Virus record (IMG/VR): IMGVR_UViG_3300026085_000007
Span: 1-28,735 of that record
DNA length: 28,735 bases
From: a virus
Lineage: Duplodnaviria > Caudoviricetes
Strand: one strand, 5' to 3'
Shown: positions 24,720 through 28,735 of the stretch, piece by piece
Position numbering within the stretch: the first letter of the stretch is position 1
Layout of the letters: every line of letters begins with the position of its first letter
Position numbers and translations under genes: made by a program
The notes under the pieces: generated by a model
The model's database searches: none
Told to the model about the DNA's origin: nothing
Seen by the model: only the letters and a program-made list of their open reading frames with translations

Positions 24720-25332
24720 GTACGACCGAAATACCAAATACCTAGAACAGCATCGTATTATATACCGCCAAAATCCAATTAACGACAAACCAACAGAAAC
24801 ATTTGATTGGGGATGGTATTACAAAGATGGTACACGCGAATGCTATACACTATTTAATTCACGGGCTAAAATAAACACATATAAGAGCCTTAAATGGCAT
24901 TTGTATGTATTATGGTATCTTAACCCTCAATTGGATCAAGAAGGCTTTGCAGGGCTTGTTAAATACATTTGTAATAAACGTACAGGCTTTGTAACATTCA
25001 ATGTGTCTGATCAACTTAGAGAAAGTATGATATACGATGTATCTTTGATGGAGCTAGATACACCTCCTCCTAATAAATTACGTAAAGTTATATTTAAAGA
25101 CTTTACCGGGCTGGACATGAGACAAAAGCTAACTATAGTAGGTAAACTTGTTGGAAGATCTAAAATATCTGAAAGCGAAATATACGATGCAATGCTACTT
25201 ATAAATGATAGCAATATAAAAATTACCGCGGCTCGCTTAGCCGATGCATTAGGCTGCTCAACAAGAACTATATACAGAAATATGAGTAACGAACTTAAGA
25301 AAGAAAAAGAATTACTTAATCAACAACTATGA
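24712..25332 (+). CDS. DNA-binding protein with a C-terminal HTH (possible replication initiator or regulator)
   Basis: ITAARLADALGCSTRTIYRNM HTH. ATG 24712 is preferred over TTG 24685. Confidence 0.7.
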   Translation: MSQYDRNTKYLEQHRIIYRQNPINDKPTETFDWGWYYKDGTRECYTLFNSRAKINTYKSLKWHLYVLWYLNPQLDQEGFAGLVKYICNKRTGFVTFNVSDQLRESMIYDVSLMELDTPPPNKLRKVIFKDFTGLDMRQKLTIVGKLVGRSKISESEIYDAMLLINDSNIKITAARLADALGCSTRTIYRNMSNELKKEKELLNQQL

Positions 25333-26081
25333 AAAAGTACAATGTACAAAACTATATAAGGTATAAGGAAGACCTTAAACGGTCTATGCCTCCTGGAAAG
25401 TTTTATGATGAGTATACTCGTGATGAACTAATTATAAAGTTTATGCCTCTTGTAGAGAATTTAGCACGTAAGTTCGCTACATCAGAACAAGCTTCTGGAA
25501 TATTAAGCATAAATGATCTAATACAAGAAGGTAATAAAGGATTAATACTAGCAGTTGATAAGCTTGAATGGGAAAAGCTTACTGATTCTGATGATATTGA
25601 AAAAACTTTAAAATCATTTTTTAGTAAACGCATTAAAGGAGCAATAAGACGTGCGATAGATATTAATCGCGGCGATATACGTATACCAGAGCACAAGCTT
25701 AATGAGATACGCAAAAGTCCAAAAGATGAAAAAATTGTTACAATGTTTTTCAACTCTATATTTTCATCAATTGATGCTAATTATGAGCAAACAGACGACA
25801 ATCCATTATATCAAATACCAGACGAGAGTGAGCCATATAACATAACATTACTTAATACTTATTTATTAAGTTTAATGAAACAACACCTAAATGAGCAGCA
25901 ATATCACGTCTTAAGACTTAGCTTTGGCTTAGATACAGATAAAATGTCAGCAAATGAAATAGCAAGCTTTTTGGGTATTAATGTTAACACGGCAAATGTA
26001 AGAGTTTCACAAATAAAGAAGGAAGCAATTGATACTCTTATCGCTAACACTGACGCTAATCAAGTGATTGATTATCTATAA
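25329..26081 (+). CDS. Sigma-70 family RNA polymerase sigma factor
   Basis: Region 2 LVENLARKF...DLIQEGNKGLILAVDK...IRIP; region 4 LNEQQYHVLRLSFGL...EIASFLGI...RVSQIKKEAI. Confidence 0.92.
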   Translation: MKKYNVQNYIRYKEDLKRSMPPGKFYDEYTRDELIIKFMPLVENLARKFATSEQASGILSINDLIQEGNKGLILAVDKLEWEKLTDSDDIEKTLKSFFSKRIKGAIRRAIDINRGDIRIPEHKLNEIRKSPKDEKIVTMFFNSIFSSIDANYEQTDDNPLYQIPDESEPYNITLLNTYLLSLMKQHLNEQQYHVLRLSFGLDTDKMSANEIASFLGINVNTANVRVSQIKKEAIDTLIANTDANQVIDYL

Positions 26082-26144
26082 GTTAGGTATTTAAAAAACA
26101 AAAATTATGTGTAATTATATAATAGTAAACCAAGCATAAACCAT

Positions 26145-26699
26145 ATGACCTTAAATGACAAACTGGCAACGATCCAGACAAAGTTTAAATCGAAAAAAAG
26201 TAGGTTTAACTCATTCGGCAAATACTACTTCCGATCAGCCGAAGACATTCTCGAAGCAACAAAACCCTTTCTATTAGAGTTAGGAGTAACAGTAACCATT
26301 AAAGAAAAGTTGATTAAAGATTATTTTGGTGATAAGGCAAACTTTCCGCCTATGCTAAAATCTATCGCTACAATTTCTGATGGCGAAAATGCTATACACG
26401 CTACAGCTATTGTTGGTGTCGACCTTAATCAAAAAGGTATGCAAACACCTCAGCAATTTGGTAGCGCGTCGAGTTATGGGAAGAAATATGCATTAGGTAA
26501 TTTATTCCTAATAGATGACACTCAAGATAGTGACGCTATGAATGACCATGGCAAGAGTGCAACTGCTACGCTAACATCGACAAAAGATCCTGCATTTGCT
26601 AAAGCGAAGGATTACGTTAAAGCAGGCGGAAAACTTGAAGCTATCAAAAAGAAGTATAAATTAAGTGCTGAAGTTGAAAAAGCACTAACAACACTCTAG
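26145..26699 (+). CDS. ERF family ssDNA-annealing protein
   Basis: NSFGKYYFRSAEDILEATKP...QQFGSASSYGKKYALGNLFLIDDTQDSD. Confidence 0.9.
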   Translation: MTLNDKLATIQTKFKSKKSRFNSFGKYYFRSAEDILEATKPFLLELGVTVTIKEKLIKDYFGDKANFPPMLKSIATISDGENAIHATAIVGVDLNQKGMQTPQQFGSASSYGKKYALGNLFLIDDTQDSDAMNDHGKSATATLTSTKDPAFAKAKDYVKAGGKLEAIKKKYKLSAEVEKALTTL

Positions 26700-27431
26700 A
26701 TGAAAAAAGAAGAGGCTATTGCGAAGTTAAGAGATGATGAACATTACTATGGCAAGTTTGGTAAACAATATTTGTCAAATAGTGATATATCAACTCTATT
26801 AACAAATCCTTTAGCGCTCGGTGAACCATCAAAGCCGTCAGCAGCGTTTTTAGTTGGCGGCTACTTTCACACTGCAATACTCGAGCCAGATAAACTGAAA
26901 AAGTATAAAGTGATTGAAAGTTCTACGCGGAATACCAAAGCGTATAAAGAGATTTCAGGCGGTGAGCTTTGTCTTCTACAGCACGAGGTAGATCAGATTG
27001 AATTAATGACAGACAAAATAATGGAAAATGATGTTTGTCGTGGTTTAATCCGTAACCAAACTATAGAATACGAAAAGCCTGGAATTACAGAGTTAGAAGG
27101 ATTGCAATGGAAAGGCAAGGCGGATATTGTTAATCACGAAGAAGGTTTGATCATTGATTTAAAAACCACAAGTGATATAACAAAATTTCGTAGCTCAGCA
27201 TGGCGATACAATTACGACTCACAAGCTTACATTTATAGTAAATTATTTGGTTATGAAATGTTGTTTATAGTTATAGACAAAACTACGCACCAAATAGGAA
27301 TATTTGATTGCTCGCCTGAGTTTTACGAAAGAGGAGCAGACAAAGTTCAACAAGCGGCGGAACAATACAAATTGTTTTACCAAAACCCGGATTTCGATCC
27401 AAGTAATTATTTTATTAACAAGACGTTATAG
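26700..27431 (+). CDS. RecE/exonuclease VIII-like PD-(D/E)XK nuclease (DUF3799-like)
   Basis: YLSNSDI...GGYFHTAILEP...WKGKADIV...IIDLKTT...YNYDSQAYIY. Confidence 0.85.
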   Translation: MKKEEAIAKLRDDEHYYGKFGKQYLSNSDISTLLTNPLALGEPSKPSAAFLVGGYFHTAILEPDKLKKYKVIESSTRNTKAYKEISGGELCLLQHEVDQIELMTDKIMENDVCRGLIRNQTIEYEKPGITELEGLQWKGKADIVNHEEGLIIDLKTTSDITKFRSSAWRYNYDSQAYIYSKLFGYEMLFIVIDKTTHQIGIFDCSPEFYERGADKVQQAAEQYKLFYQNPDFDPSNYFINKTL

Positions 27432-27539
27432 TAATATTTTTACTATTCTTAAGCAACTGATAATAAATAATTTATAAAATAAATGTTTACATATAATGTA
27501 AGTTCCACTGTAAACGTGTAATAATATAAATATAACCAA

Positions 27540-27971
27540 ATGGAAATAGATATGAACATAACAAGTTGGTCTGATGAAGAACTAGAGTTGTTGTGTAAAC
27601 CTGAAAATCATAAGATTACTTTTGATGGCTATGAGTTTTGGTGGTATCATAAAATACACGGAAACAAGTGGGATTTACATTACATAAACGGTTTTGAGGA
27701 CTGGAAAAAACCTTATAGCTGGCTACAAAGCTGGTTATATAATTGGTCAAAAGAATTAACTGAACGCAGAGTCAAGGCAGCTTCGTCTTATTTTTATGAG
27801 ATGAAAAAAAATCTTGAAGCTACAAAACAAGTTATGGATATTAGTAATAATCCAAAGCTTAAAACAAAAGTTAAAATTAAAATGATCCAAGAACTTTTAC
27901 CAAATGAATCAATAACCTATATAGCCAAGGTGCTTAACTTAAGTAGACAAGCTATTCACAGACATTTATAA
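27540..27971 (+). CDS. Protein with a C-terminal HTH
   Basis: SITYIAKVLNLSRQAIHRHL. Confidence 0.7.
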   Translation: MEIDMNITSWSDEELELLCKPENHKITFDGYEFWWYHKIHGNKWDLHYINGFEDWKKPYSWLQSWLYNWSKELTERRVKAASSYFYEMKKNLEATKQVMDISNNPKLKTKVKIKMIQELLPNESITYIAKVLNLSRQAIHRHL

Positions 27972-27973
27972 TT

Positions 27974-28276
27974 ATGACTAAAGAAGAAAGAATAAAAGAA
28001 TACGAAAGTAGACCAGAGACAAAAGCAAGACGAGTAAGATATAGAAAGTCAAGGCAAACTGGAGGATGGTTTGTATATTATATACCAAGTATACATTATT
28101 GCGGTATAACAAAAGATCTATATGCAAGAGAGTCTTACCATAGAACTCAATCAAATATTGATACAGAAGGACTAACAGTATTATTCCATTCTTTAGATGC
28201 AGCAGAAGCTCATTACCATGAAGCTATGTTTCAATCAGTGTTAGGAATAGGAGGACTAAACGTAAAATTAAATTAA
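27974..28276 (+). CDS. GIY-YIG-like endonuclease (minimal)
   Basis: WFVYYIPSIHYCGITKDLYARESYHR...AEAHYHE: VY-x-YxG-xT-R-H-E pattern. Confidence 0.6.
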   Translation: MTKEERIKEYESRPETKARRVRYRKSRQTGGWFVYYIPSIHYCGITKDLYARESYHRTQSNIDTEGLTVLFHSLDAAEAHYHEAMFQSVLGIGGLNVKLN

Positions 28277-28292
28277 CAAAACCCTTTAAAAA

Positions 28293-28472
28293 ATGGCAAG
28301 AACCAGAAAACCACAAATGAGAGTATGTACAGTTACAGGAATTGAAACAAGTGTAGATAACTTTTACACTAATCAAAACCATGTAAAAGCCGTAGATAAT
28401 CTAAGGCGTACTACTGGAGCAACTAAAGATCAGTTGCAAAGAATGTTTAATCAATTAAATGCTTACGTATAA
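28293..28472 (+). CDS. Small protein (59 aa)
   Basis: MARTRKPQMRVCTVTGIETSVDNFYTNQNHVKAVDNLRRTTGATKDQLQRMFNQLNAYV; TAATG-coupled to the next gene. Confidence 0.65.
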   Translation: MARTRKPQMRVCTVTGIETSVDNFYTNQNHVKAVDNLRRTTGATKDQLQRMFNQLNAYV

Positions 28473-28735
28473 TGGCAAGTATAATTAAAGCAAGTCTCAA
28501 TTTGTCTGAGATACCAAAAGACAAAGTTATTGTTGGTAAGAAAGGTAAATACTTACCGATTACAATTACCTTAAATGACGAAGTTGATCAATTTGGTAAT
28601 CAAGGACCTATCATAGTTGAGCAAACAAAAGAAGAACGTGAAGCTAAACAAGGTAAAACTTATTTAGGTAATGTTAAGGTAGTATGGACAAACGGGGAGA
28701 ATGTAGCAGCTGCGCCTCGAGATGGTGGGCCTGCG
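28472..28735 (+). CDS. Probable ssDNA-binding protein (partial)
   Basis: MASIIKASLNLSEIPKDKVIVGKKGKYLPITITLNDEVDQFGNQG...QTKEEREAK...YLGNVKVVW. Beta-rich OB-like pattern following ERF and the exonuclease. Confidence 0.55.
   Translation, partial: MASIIKASLNLSEIPKDKVIVGKKGKYLPITITLNDEVDQFGNQGPIIVEQTKEEREAKQGKTYLGNVKVVWTNGENVAAAPRDGGPA

Noticed and set aside
1-28735. Stop-codon reassignment as seen in some Bacteroidota phages
   Set aside because: Long genes are intact in the standard code. TAG and TGA act as normal coupled stops (e.g. ERF TAG directly before the exonuclease ATG), and there is no suppressor tRNA.

Overview
AT-rich fragment of a tailed dsDNA phage genome. The host is most likely a Bacteroidota/Flavobacteriia species: starts lack Shine-Dalgarno sites and have A-rich leaders, and the gene set resembles GroEL-encoding aquatic flavobacterial phages. 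The window has two divergent arms that switch strand at about 14.9-15.2 kb. The left arm (minus strand, late genes) carries the terminase large subunit (truncated by the window edge), a probable small subunit, a tandem GroES-like protein, a holin-like protein, small virion-type proteins, a HExxH peptidase-like protein, GroES plus GroEL, two long tail fibres with C-terminal S74 chaperone domains and a small HNH-like protein. The right arm (plus strand, early/middle genes) carries about 30 small ORFs punctuated by nine copies of a 33-bp promoter-like repeat, an RNA cluster, and Gp88-like, KTSC, ATP-dependent ligase, DenV-like glycosylase, HTH, sigma-70, ERF, RecE-like, HTH plus GIY-YIG and probable SSB genes. 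The most striking signal is in the RNA cluster (19.28-20.02 kb). Two 90-94 nt RNAs flank tRNA-Thr(UGU) and have all the hallmarks of the tmRNA tRNA-like domain (G3:U70 Ala acceptor stem, stemless D-loop ending in GAC, P2 helix, T-arm) but no mRNA-like tag domain; each is preceded by another structured RNA. Also notable are a three-copy inverted-repeat site that overlaps the start codon of the HTH gene, and a GIY-YIG cassette that displaced and recoded the 3' end of the exonuclease gene. All protein family calls come from motif recognition by eye, not from database searches.
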